From positions 1 to 64,000 of the forward strand of contig NW_022985700.1 of NCBI RefSeq assembly GCF_902459465.1: a stretch of 64,000 nucleotides of DNA, written 5' to 3'. The translations under genes were made by a program, and so were the position numbers. The notes under the pieces were generated by a model. That model had not been told where the DNA came from and did no database searches. It was given only the letters and a program-made list of their open reading frames with translations. The stretch's first letter is position 1, and each line of letters starts with the position of its first letter. This document shows, piece after piece, positions 24,601 to 34,729 of the stretch. This DNA is from Asterias rubens. Lineage: Eukaryota.

Positions 24601-27600
24601 TCCACTGTCTTTAACGTTTCTACGACAGAACGTACGTAACTTCTTAAACCCGTCCCCAATGGTATCGCCTGTAACGTTTTCTTCTCGCAGAAGACATTAC
24701 TCTAAGCGGGATGCAAGAAAAATAACAGGGCCATAGCACCATTGACAGGAACAGTGTTCAACCATTCAAAAACCAATCGTGTCTGTATAATCACAGGTAT
24801 GGTATTGAGTCAATGGGAAAAAAGTAGGACAATATTATCAAGTTGAAACGCTGACCTACATGCACACATGGTGTAAGTTTTAGTGGACTTTTCAGGGCAT
24901 TTTAGTTACAACTTTTCTGATTTATCTTAGGGCAAAACAAAAGTCGGAAAACAGACTTAAATATCATGCGTGATAATCATCACCTTCCCCAGCCGTCGAT
25001 TTCACCAAGCTCTTCCTAACTAGTTAGGATTAATCTTATGACTTTTTATAGTTCCGTATCCAAAGACGGGCGCATTGAACCTATCCTAAGTTTACTCGTA
25101 ACTATGGAGATAGGATTATCCCTCGCGAAATCGGCTGTTGGCATGGGTAATATTGTAACCTTTATTTCTTGTAAAAACTGTTACATAAATTTTGATCTTA
25201 CCGATGGTGCACTTTTCCCCACTCCAACCGTCGCAGCAGACCGTCACGGTTCTAGTCCTGGGTATCTTTACGACACGATGATGTTTGACCTTAACAGGCC
25301 TACAAGAAACAAATAATAAGATTTTTTTAAATGACATTAGGGACTTTTCGTTTTCGACGACGGATGGTTCTGCGACGGTAAAGATGACATTTGGCGTCAT
25401 CTGCGCATGCGTCGGCTTTGAGGACGGTCGTCCCACAATTTCTATGACAGTACTTGGGATGAATCTTCGTTGTGCTGAAAACGACAACGTTTAGCTGAAC
25501 AACCGTCGCAGAACCATCCGTCGTCGAAAACGAAAAGTCCCTTATGTCTGAGATAGTATGGTTTGTAATGAACTCCTTCATGAGAAAAATATAACTTCCA
25601 CAACATCATGAATTGTCGCGTAGTTTTGTGGCCGACCGGTCCGTTATATCGGACCTTACTTTTGATGGTTGAATTAGAGTAATGGTTCAATTCTTGGTCA
25701 TCATACTTGGTTTGTTCAGTTAGGCACACAACCACAATTGTATCTTTTAAACTTATGTGTATAAAGGAACCTGCGAGCTGTAAATAACACAGGTAGCCTC
25801 CTCATGGGAGTACAGACCCCCACGTTTGAGGAAAGGTGTCTAGTAAGTATTCTAATTGATATTATTATATATTTCTGGTGACGAAAAAATGATGGCTTAT
25901 AACTTAAAGTTATACTGTAGCTCAAAAGCCTCATCCGCAGGAAACCTGTCAACAAGGGTGCTTGCAAAGAGCAAGAAACACCATGGGGTTAACGTACACC
26001 CGTTTGCGCGGCAACTAAATGTAACCCCAACCCTAAACGCAGCATGACCTAAATATAGCCACACCCGTTTCAGACCGGCGCCAGAATCGCGCCGAGAAAG
26101 GAGCGACTCTACAGGGCCCAATTTCATAGAGCTGCTAAGCACGAAAATTTGCTTAGCATGAAATTTCTTCCTTGATAACAACATGATTACCAACCAAATT
26201 TCCATTTGATTTTCAGGATAAGCAAACAACAGCTGCATTACTAGTAACAAGCAATATGCAACAAACAGAAATTTTGTTGGTAATCCTGTTTTTTATCAAG
26301 AAAGAAATTGCATGATAAGCAAATTTTTGCGCTTCGCAGCTCTATGACATTGGGCCCAGTACACACTGTAAATTTTGTTTTTGAACTGTTAGCTTACTGT
26401 GGGGAATATGCAATAGAACCAGTCTAAACACAAGAAAATCAATTCAACAAATTACTGTGAACATGCTTCATGGCGAACATGCCTCAAGGAAAAATTAAAA
26501 GACGGTTTGAACTTAAGAGGTTTGTAATATGAACATGAAACAGTATGCCTATTAGCTAAAATCGGTTCTCAAGGTTCATCTGAGTTAAACGAGTTAAAAC
26601 GAAACTGACAATTAATTAAACGCATCTATAGTTGCGCCACCTTAATATTGTATGCCAATTTGGCATGGCTAAAATAATGCATCATTTTAAAGACCAACTT
26701 GAACGAAATATTATTAGCATTAAAACTAGTGCACACTTATAACAATAGCCTAAATGAGTGGAACTCGCTAAACTTGTTCACCATTATTCCACTACTCGGA
26801 CTTTATGATCATTTTAACAGTCATTGGTTTCTGCTACTAGAGTTTCTTCCATTTTTTATGACCACATATCTTTTTCTTACGCCGCATCGTTTCTTTGGAA
26901 TAATCTTCTTTTGCATATTCGCCAAGCTAATTCTTTACAATGTTTTAAGTCCCTGTTGAAAACTCATTTGTTTAAAGCTGCTTTTTGTAATTTGCTTATT
27001 TGTATCTTGTATCTTTCACTCATTGTTTATTTTATTGTTCTCTTTATGCGCTTAGAGGATTTTTGCATGAGGCGCTTTACAAATGTCTTATTATTATTTT
27101 ATTATTTTATAAAAAAATGCATAACAATGAAAAAACTGCAACATACCATATTTCGATAAATTTTACAGCACGAGAGAAAAACCCCACCGAGTTTCACGAA
27201 AAGCCGTCAAATGCCCTGGTGTTATTTTTGCAAAGGATAGGTAGTTATAACTTAGGACTTGTATATGAGTTTATCAACAACTTGAAGTGTTTGCCCTATA
27301 TTATTTAGCAATTAGTCAGGCACCAGTTACAACAATGTAAACAAACGTAATTTTGGCTGGTAACCTGTTTCTGTTACGCAATAATTTTCTTTGCTAAGCG
27401 AGTTTTTGTGCTTATGCTAAATGCTTATAATATACGCAGCTCTATTGCGTTTGCTAACCCGTTTAGTATCTGCACGCATTCATGAATGTTGCATACCTCA
27501 AGGAAAGGGTTAATTGATTAACAATGTCACTTGAAGAGGCAAACGTCGATTATATAATATATCATGAACGTGATTTATGTTTTATTTTGCCAAAAAATGG

Positions 27601-28815
27601 CCGGGAAATCTATTTTCATGCGTTCGAGTTAAAGCTTTTTTGCCTCTCCAGTTGTTACTGCGTTTCAAATTCAAATGCATAATTCGGCCATTCAATTTCG
27701 TTTTGAGTGGAGTCAAATTCCTTTAGCATTCTGTTCAATTTAGCGTGTCGTCATTCGTTTTCGTGACACACACGCCTCAAGAAGCGTCTGCGAATTTGAA
27801 TGCTGCCTTGATGAATTGATTGAATGATCAATTTGTTAAATCGAATGACGCAACATTACATTTGACTAATCATATAACCAAATCAAATTACCCTTTTCAG
27901 TAGTATTCGATTTCGCGCGAAATAGAACAGCGTGGTGGTAAAGTCGGCTGCTCATATGCCGAAATCGACCGAGAAAACCTATTCAAAAACAAACTATAGT
28001 TAATGGCCTGACGTTTCGACCCTAGCGGAGTCTTTCTCGAAGGCTAAATTGACTAATACAACATTTAAAATAAACAGGTGTATACATTTAAATGACTTAC
28101 ACCTTGACTTCACACATTCCCGATGCGTCATCTCGTGAGACTTGGACCAACTTTTCCCCCTTACTCAGCCGGTCTTCGTACTCGCTGCAGCGTATTGTGT
28201 CATCTTGAAGTTCCTCAACTAGGTATGTCTGGTAACTGTTGGCTTCGTACGACTTTTGCTTTTCGCAAAAGTGTTCGGTGACATCTTCGCATCTTTAGAT
28301 AAAACAAAGTAGATGAAAGTCATGAAAGTCAAACTTTGAAATATTCACCAATAATGTAGCGACGTATGTATGATTGATTGTTTGCTTGAATTTATTCGGA
28401 TAAAAACATGTCCAAAATACATAAACAACCAGAAAAGACAAGTACTCTCTACTTTGCCCATTTTATTTCAAAGTGGTCACTAAAGGGGAAATTAATGGGC
28501 CGGTGTTAAACAATGTAGAACTTTGAAAACATACCACAAAACACTAGCTTGTTTTTAAATGTAATTAATTAGAATTAAATAATAGCACGAAGGGGTCGTA
28601 GGTCATAGGATCATCAGTGTATGATCTAATCCAATCTATTATAATCTAATCTAATCTATGATAATCTAATCGAGTCGAATCTAATCTAGTTAGTATGTAA
28701 ACAGTTTTGGCGCATTCAAAAGGGGGACAAAACATTTCACTTACTTCGTCGTCTGTAGGCAGAAATTTGTCAGAAGGAATAGGACCAAGACGTATTGCAG
28801 TGGCATGACAGCCAT
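634..28815 (-). CDS. SSPO: SCO-spondin-like secreted protein (signal peptide-EMI-4xEGF-VWD/C8/TIL D1-D2-D'-D3); 5' part of the gene, continues beyond the left edge
   Basis: Manually spliced GT-AG exons in transcription order, all phase-compatible, 4327 nt: 28815-28745 (signal peptide [23 protein letters not shown]), 28292-28101 and 25299-25202 (EMI-like, ...[10 protein letters not shown]), 23018-22923, 21693-21601, 20234-20142, 19450-19358 (four EGF), 18837-18621, 18100-17949, 16391-15939 (VWD1+C8), 15354-15229, 14188-14080 (TIL), 11198-10935, 10083-9867, 9450-9057 (VWD2+C8), 8484-8354, 7790-7681, 7175-7129 (TIL/E), 6213-5979, 5607-5558 (TIL'/E'), 5015-4950, 4409-4149, 3301-3000, 2553-2397 (VWD3+C8, CGLCGNFNG), 1916-1670, 686-634 (TIL/E). 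The gene model is well supported; the SSPO name is inferred from architecture (EMI ahead of the D assemblies), not from a search. Confidence 0.85.
970..1235 (-). mobile_element. L2-clade LINE 3' end
   Basis: Minus frame [39 protein letters not shown], the typical L2 ORF2 C-terminus, then an (ATT)n tail. Confidence 0.8.
3423..3753. mobile_element. Kolobok-like MITE, family A
   Basis: TTAA-AGGCACTGGACAC...GTGTCCAGTGCCT-TTAA. Confidence 0.85.
3770..4090 (-). mobile_element. tRNA-derived SINE with L2-like tail (family S2)
   Basis: Minus strand: B-box-like gtgggttcgaatcctgg head, body, tattatt tail; related copies at 63410-63640 (-) and 35835-35970 (+, head only). Confidence 0.7.
5225..5395 (+). 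mobile_element. RTE-clade LINE 3' fragment
   Basis: [20 protein letters not shown] motif and a (TGA)n tail. Confidence 0.7.
6640..6900 (+). pseudogene. Degraded LINE APE endonuclease fragment
   Basis: QINIRSL and MIAVSE resemble the APE N-terminal motifs NIRSL and IIAvsETW, in broken frames. Confidence 0.35.
7290..7651. mobile_element. Kolobok-like MITE, family A
   Basis: TTAA-AGGCACTGGACAC...GTGTCCAGTGCCT(T)-TTAA; same internal body. Confidence 0.8.
8685..8748. repeat. Short minisatellite (ccgtgataaaggt)n
   Basis: gtgataaaggt repeated four times. Confidence 0.7.
10105..10240 (-). mobile_element. tRNA-derived SINE (family S1)
   Basis: Reverse B-box gggattcgaacccacgacc plus body tgtgttagcactgtatactcag; other copies at 2641-2745, 7885-7982, 50640-50803 and a rearranged copy at 1400-1580. 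Confidence 0.7.
11397..11722. mobile_element. Kolobok-like MITE, family A (right end decayed)
   Basis: TTAA-AGACACTGGACAC start; full family A body. Confidence 0.75.
11823..12182. mobile_element. TTAA-flanked MITE, mosaic family D
   Basis: TTAA at both ends; left subterminal module like family C (cacagatttacataaaccttacacg...gatagtagaaaa); right module like a family A end (ttctacaggtttgtcagttcatatatatg). Confidence 0.55.
13250..13465. mobile_element. Degenerate family A MITE fragment
   Basis: gcataaaaacttacttggtaacgag...ctcgcaacttcgac...tggtctttggcaaaggtgtcc, with internal deletions. Confidence 0.6.
14230..14559. mobile_element. TTAA-flanked fold-back MITE, family C
   Basis: TTAA-AGG...CCT-TTAA; near-palindromic over most of its length (ctgaggtgctgtagttttggggaaatgagtaaa versus tttactcatttccccaaaactacagcacctcag). 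Confidence 0.8.
17346..17928. mobile_element. Family A MITE interrupted by a LINE 3' fragment with an (AATCT)n tail at about 17523-17738
   Basis: TTAA-AGACACGGGACAC start, GTGTCCAGTGCCT-TTAA end; the body resumes after the insertion. Confidence 0.75.
19500..19872. mobile_element. Family A MITE, left end decayed
   Basis: Family A body, ending cagtgtct-TTAA. Confidence 0.7.
21315..21479. mobile_element. Palindromic MITE H2 (CWG target)
   Basis: CAG-CCGTCGATTTCAC...GTGAAATCGG-CTG with internal TCCTAACTTAGGA palindromes; copies at 24993-25134 and about 30355-30500. Confidence 0.7.
21861..22239. mobile_element. Kolobok-like MITE, family A
   Basis: TTAA-AGGCAGTGGACAC...TGTCCACTGTCT-TTAA. Confidence 0.85.
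22521..22760. mobile_element. Harbinger-like MITE H1 (CWG target)
   Basis: TIR GGCCCAATTTCATAGAGCTGCT; flanked CAG/CTG. Other copies at 26115-26356 (CAG/CAG), 29978-30213 (CAG/CAG) and a deleted copy at 46268-46398. Confidence 0.75.
23060..24070. repeat. Compound tandem-repeat block with an inserted minisatellite-bearing element
   Basis: Three to four degenerate gcggttacac...gagtagtggtggctct units, then 33-bp repeats (gtgtccgc..ggacgctgctgcattatgcaat). Confidence 0.65.
24216..24610. mobile_element. Kolobok-like MITE, family A
   Basis: TTAA-AGGCAGTGGACAC...GTGTCCACTGTCT-TTAA. Confidence 0.85.
25340..25541. mobile_element. Tourist/Harbinger-like MITE with TTA TSD
   Basis: Perfect ~40-bp TIR GGGACTTTTCGTTTTCGACGACGGATGGTTCTGCGACGGT; TTA on both sides. 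Confidence 0.85.
26115..26356. mobile_element. Harbinger-like MITE H1
   Basis: CAG-GGCCCAATTTCATAGAGCTGC...GCAGCTCTATGACATTGGGCC-CAG. Confidence 0.8.
26824..27110 (+). mobile_element. L2-clade LINE 3' end
   Basis: [35 protein letters not shown] followed by a TATT tail. Confidence 0.75.
27965..28050. mobile_element. Penelope-like terminal fragment
   Basis: ggcctgacgtttcgaccctagcggagtctttctcgaaggct contains the GACGTTTCG motif common in Penelope-like element ends. Confidence 0.35.
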
Positions 28816-29977
28816 GACCAATACAGTGGTCACGTCAAGATAATCGAAACCTTCGTTTTCTTTATGGCGTCTCAAGTATTCCAAAAGTGAAAAGGTATAG
28901 CATCCACATGTATAGCATCCGCTGTATAACACAAAAGACGCCTACCAGTTTCTTAAACTAGTGGCTATTGAGAAGCGCAGGAATAAACTGTTCATTATAC
29001 ATCGCATCGATGTTGAACTTGATTCACAATGATTGGTTGAGTCCTACCCAGCTGCGTTGAGCATATGAAATCTGATTGGTTGTTAATATTGATGACAGAG
29101 CAAAAGAAAATTGCTGTGTTTGTGTTATGTAAAAGGATTATTTCTTAACCAGATGTTATAGTTCATTGATTTCTATGGAAATTATTTCGGCGATCAATTG
29201 GTTAGACGTTTTGTTGTATAGTTTAGAGACCTTCAAAGGGCTAAGAGCCCTTTGTTATTTTCAACGCTCATGCGGTGCAGGCGCGTGTTGCTCATCACGG
29301 GACAATTCCCCGGGTTCATATATTATTGAATAGACCGCTGCAATGAAGAAACAGGTACTGCATTCCATGAGAGAAGTAAACATGTCCGAGTGATTGTTTT
29401 GTATACTTCGTTAAGCTATAAACTTGGAAAGTTTACAAGGAGAATCTTTACGGACAGTTTTGTTTTACAACGTGTGTTGTTTTCTTATATTTTTTTCAAA
29501 TTTAATCGTTTCGAAGTTCATATAATTATGTTAGTGCTTTCACGAAAGCTCCATTTTATTTCTTTTGTGCTCCTGTTGTCCCCAAATCCCCCTCCCCCTC
29601 CTGTCTATGGCTGTTTTCCCAATTCCGGTTTGTCTGATGTTTAACTCTAATACTAATACTAATAATAATACTTTTAATATGATTGTTCTATCATGTAAAC
29701 TTGGACATATACTTTTGATGTAATTTTATTAACCAAATGCCATTAGTCTGTGACTTTTTATTTGGTGTTGTATTTTTATATGAAAATAAACCAATTTTGA
29801 ATTGAATTGAATTGAATTGAAACCCCAAAATAATATGGATCAATGCATAGGCCTAAAAGTTTCAATTATAATTCCTTCGTTTGGATCTTGTTTTCATAAC
29901 TTCTAACATATACAAAGCTATACCGAGGTTGAAATTCTCAATGTCTAAAGAAAATGCCTGCACAAAGACCACTCCAG

Positions 29978-30213
29978 GGGCCAATTTCATAGAGCTGCTT
30001 AAGCAAAAAAATAAGCTTAAGCACGAAAATAGCTCGCTTATTTTTCACATGTTACTGGCAAAAATTTCATGCCATACATTGCTTGTGACTGGTATTTAGC
30101 TGTTCCATAGCATAACAATTGAGTGGAGTCTTGTCCGGTAATCTAATTTTACTAAGCAAGGATTTTTTGCTTAAGCAAAATTTTGTGCTTAAGCAGCTCT
30201 ATGAAATTGGGCC
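29978..30213. mobile_element. Harbinger-like MITE H1
   Basis: CAG-GGGCCAATTTCATAGAGCTGC...GCAGCTCTATGAAATTGGGCC-CAG. Confidence 0.8.
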
Positions 30214-31319
30214 CAGATAATAATTACCCGTAATAAAAAAAGATTGATGCCTTTTCTTTTTTGGGGTATGCCAAAAAGCAGTAAAACATATTTCATTGAA
30301 ATTCTGCACTATACGCTGCTACAAATAAATCATACAATTAATTTACTGCTGCAGTCGATTTCACGAAACGCTAGGATCAATCCTATCTCGAGTTAGAACG
30401 AGTAACCCGTCCTAACTTAGGACGAGTTCAATGCGTCCAATACGTCTTCGGACGGAACTGAACCCGTCCTAAGTCCTAAGATTAATCCTAAGTTAGGAAG
30501 TCGAGTTTGGTTGCACAGTTAGCTTTACTTACACGGTAAATTCACTTCAAACTTGAATTTATAATGGTTGCACTTTATTAGATCACGCATTAAATGTAGG
30601 TTGTTTAGAAAATATTGTTTTTACTTCCCATGGGAACAAAACACCTGTCCACTCTTCAGATGGTCTGGGCAGCGCCTGGTAAAAGAGAGGTCTGATTGAT
30701 TTATTATCGATGTAGCGGTTAATATTATTCTCTACTCATTTGAAAAGTGTACATTAATTTTCAATAGGCAAAACATTGATTATCGCAACCATTCCCACAA
30801 GAAGTATGTCATGTTAAACAACATCATTAGCTCTTCGTTTACTTAAACCATAGAAAGAAACCTATCCCTGTTCCAAATGTGACAGCACTTGGTTCACAGT
30901 GTAATTGTTTTAGGACCCCTAATTTCTACTTGACTTCAAACCCTATTGTGTCCTCAGACTTCGATAAATTTTAGGCAACAATATTCTGCCTGTTCGCAAT
31001 CCAAAGCCACAACCACGCCCCCCCCCCCAACAAAAAGAGAAAAGGAGGAAAAAAGGGGGATTTGCACATCCCCAATGATGTTTATTGTCTCATTGAAGAG
31101 AAACAAAATGGTCCACAGCAATATTTCTGTTTCTGCTTATTTGTTTGTTTGTTTGTTTGTTTGTTTGTTTGTTTGTTGGGGTGTTTGTTTAATGTTTAGA
31201 CTGTAGTGCTCATTTTCTTATGTGTTTCTTGTTATACCAAAGTTTGACCCAGTCTCATTACAACAATCTACAACTACAAGTTGCAGCATGGCTAAACCTT
31301 AAGTGCAAATGTATATTAA

Positions 31320-31678
31320 AGCCATTATACACTTTCGGTAAACAGTATTGTCCAAGTCCCACACTTCGTGTATCAAAACTTATATATAAAATAACAAACC
31401 TGTGAAAATTTAGGCTCAATCGGTCATCGGAGTCGGGAGAAAATAACGGGAAAACCCACTCTTGTTTCCGCGCGTTTCGCCGTGTCATCATGTGTTTAAA
31501 ATAAATCCGTAATTCTCGCTAACGAGAATTTATATTGTTTTAATGTTTTCTCAAAAAGTAAAGCATTTCATGGAACTATATATTAAGAAAAGTCTTTCAC
31601 CATTACCTCATGTAAACCCTGTAAATTATGTGTAAATCTGTGAACTTTTTTTTTCTGTACCGAAAGGGTCCGATGGCT
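31320..31678. mobile_element. TTAA-flanked MITE, mosaic family E
   Basis: TTAA-AGCCATTATACACTTTCGGTA...TACCGAAAGGGTCCGATGGCT-TTAA; left subterminal module is family A-type, right module is family C-type. Confidence 0.75.
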
Positions 31679-32490
31679 TTAAAACAACTATAACATATAT
31701 TTGTTTTTCGTAAACTATAGTTAACAGATGACAGTACAATCATTTGATGGGATCGATGCACCGAGCGATTGCGTCAGTACAGAGACAATTGACCACCGGT
31801 TGATCACGTTTTCGACTGATGGTCATGAAAATGCTTACATGTGCAGTTTATTTCGGAATACAGTCTCATCTGCATATTCAATTCTGGTTGTCCCATTCAA
31901 TGTTTAATGTGTACACTGTTTTATCTTACAAGTAATTTTTTAATGTATTTTGAAATTGCAGTGTTGGAATTGTTGATAGAATCGCTGGCAAAAAGGGGTT
32001 TCTCAATTAGTCACCTCCTAATTTGATCAGGCTGTATTGAACTGTCATTGTTTTTTGTAAACACAATTCTACAAGCTCTTATTTCAAAACACTAGAATCA
32101 AACTCATTTGTAGGCCTCCGTTTCATTCTTCTGCTACAGACCTTCAACAGGCCGCCACATCTCAATGAACAGCCTCTTTTTAGAACTCTAAGTGAGGGCG
32201 CCCTTCTGCAAGTACGTCATAATACGTAATGCATGAGGGTTTTTGACAGACAAACACGGGCCTTATTTCAGTTCAGTTCAGATGATATCTCAAGTTATGT
32301 ACACAGCCTCGAGACAGCAAATGTTTGGATAATTTAAGAGGCTTTTTTAATGCAGCTGTTTTCTCCCGATGTTACTAACATTTCAAATATCATGAAACGT
32401 GTCCGAAGACGAGATGGCTTTAAGATTACCGAATTTGTATAGTCCATATTGGGTGCACTAGTCAGCTTTCTCTGCAAGATACATCCGTCT

Positions 32491-32866
32491 TGGACACTAT
32501 TGGTAATTACTCAAAATAATAATTAGAATAAAACCTTTCTTGGTGACGAGTAATGGGGAGAGGTTGGTATAAATTATTGTGAGAAACGGCTCCCTCTGAG
32601 GTCGAGTAGTTTTCGAGAAAGAAGTAATTTTCCACGAATTTGATTTCGAGACCTCAGATTTAGAATTTGAGGTCTCGAAATCAAGCGTCTGAAAGCACAC
32701 AACTTCGTGTGACAAGGGTGGTTTTTTCTTTCATTATTATCTCGCAACTTCGACGACCGATTGAGCTCAAATTTTCACAGGTTCATTATTGTATGCATAT
32801 GTTGAGATACACCAAGTGAGTATGAGAAGACTGGTCTTTGACAATTACCAATAGTGTCCACTGTCT
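32491..32866. mobile_element. Family A MITE upstream of GPCR1
   Basis: ggacactattggtaattactc...GTGTCCACTGTCT-TTAA. Confidence 0.8.
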
Positions 32867-33733
32867 TTAAAGTAATGTACCTTTGTTATTGTTTGCGAAA
32901 AGTCAAACAAAATCACCTGACATGCACAATTTATTATTCAGAATCAAATCGGGGTTTATTTAATGCAAAAAAGGGAAGGTATCACAGCACAGACTTACTT
33001 TAATAAATTAACACAATGTTCAAATATTGTCCAAAGTGATAATTTTCTTGATCATTTACAGACGAGAAATTACAAAAATGTTTACTCTATAACAAATGCC
33101 ATGCACTTTTATTAGCAGTGGCTTCTTGCCCGCATATCCGTCATTCAGTGACGTTCCTGGCGTGTATTATCTTGAAAATCACAATAATAATCAATCAATG
33201 ACAATTAGTTATGGGCAACAACTAACTTACAGTTGATATGTAATCAGTTTATTTATTTTTTTTACCGGTAAACTGGTAATGCGTCCCAGTTATGCTCGTC
33301 TCTCGAATGCAGTCAAAAAGGCCTGGCTTTATTCGCCCCAGTTCATCTAATTATGGACATTTTAAATTTCATTGGTTGCCATAGTTTCAAAGTAAGTGGT
33401 TAGCTCTAGTCTTCACTTGCTTCGTGAGAATAAAAAATCATGTTTTATCAGTCATATCAAGTAGCGTTGTATTTTGCGATGATATCACGAACTGCAGTGT
33501 ATCTTCCCGGCTCGCGAGGATCCTCCATTTGTTTTAATACAGGACTACTTAAGCGTTGATTGGAGACAGGTTGATCACAATTTAGCATCGAAAGCCTCGT
33601 ATCCGGAACGAGTGGAGAAGAACCTGTGGTACAGAAAATCATTACTGCTCGGTTTATTACTTCATGTTCGATGCTTTCAGATGAACATCTGGACCATTAC
33701 ACATGATTTTCTGAGACTGTGACGTCGTAAGAG

Positions 33734-34729
33734 ATGACAGAACCGTCTGAGGTTTCTCAACCCGAGTGTGCAGTATCTGGACTGCCTCTTCCCCGAGCAG
33801 TTCGAGCAACCTACATTGGTCTTGACTTCGTTCTCACTCTAGTTGGAAACATCCTGACTATCATTGTTACGAGAAAAGTTGACGAGTTTTCGGAAAGTAC
33901 GAAGATTTTCATAACTTCTCTGGCACTTGCGGACCTGGGTGTAACTGTAGTTGCTGCAACATCTTTCGTTGCTGAGATATTGGGTAGATGGCCATTTCCA
34001 GACTGGATATGTGTTGCTTCGTTTCTGTTCTTTTATACCTTCACAGCTGTTTCCATAACAATGATCAGCATTTTGACTTTTGATCGTTTAATCGCCGTCG
34101 TTAAACCACTTCACCATTCTTTGATACTTAACCCAAAGAGAAGCATTGGCTTTGCTTCTATAACGTGGGCTGGTTGCACCCTTGGTGCCGTCTTAACGAC
34201 TGTTTCTAATCCAATAAAATACATGGAATGTTCTGCACTTTGCTTGACTACTCGAAGGAGCGTTTCTCAGGGTATCGCATCTGTTTTAGCGTTTTACATC
34301 ATCCCCTTGTTCTGCATAATGTTGATGAACATTAAGCTCCTTGTGATCGCACGTCGGCACGCCGTTCACTTTAGACGAGCCCGAGTGGCAGCTTTAGTAC
34401 TCAGCACCCCCGGACAACCAAAGTCTTTTCCGCGGAGCGTCAGAGGAAAAGCTGTAGGGGTCATCTCTCTTGTAACTCTTGCTTTTGCCCTCAGCTGGTC
34501 GTTTTACCAAGTGAAACTCGTTCATCTGACTTTTTCTGATAAGGGGGCGGTCTTCCCTGAATGGGTAGAATTTACAGCTGTTTGGCTTGCTTTGACGAAC
34601 AGTTGGTGGAATGTCTTCATCTATTCCGTAATGAACCGAAGTTTCCGGAGCAATTTGAGGTCTGTCCTGATCCGTTTATGCCCAAGATTTCACCAACACA
34701 TTGAAGTAGAGCCACTTGCTATATCCTAA
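33734..34729 (+). CDS. Single-exon rhodopsin-like (class A) GPCR, orphan, 331 aa
   Basis: Intact ORF with seven hydrophobic segments: GNILT (TM1), LALADL (TM2), Cys at top of TM3, DRL at end of TM3, YIIP (TM5), FALSW (TM6), NSWWNVFIY (TM7), FR (helix 8). Confidence 0.92.
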   Translation: MTEPSEVSQPECAVSGLPLPRAVRATYIGLDFVLTLVGNILTIIVTRKVDEFSESTKIFITSLALADLGVTVVAATSFVAEILGRWPFPDWICVASFLFFYTFTAVSITMISILTFDRLIAVVKPLHHSLILNPKRSIGFASITWAGCTLGAVLTTVSNPIKYMECSALCLTTRRSVSQGIASVLAFYIIPLFCIMLMNIKLLVIARRHAVHFRRARVAALVLSTPGQPKSFPRSVRGKAVGVISLVTLAFALSWSFYQVKLVHLTFSDKGAVFPEWVEFTAVWLALTNSWWNVFIYSVMNRSFRSNLRSVLIRLCPRFHQHIEVEPLAIS

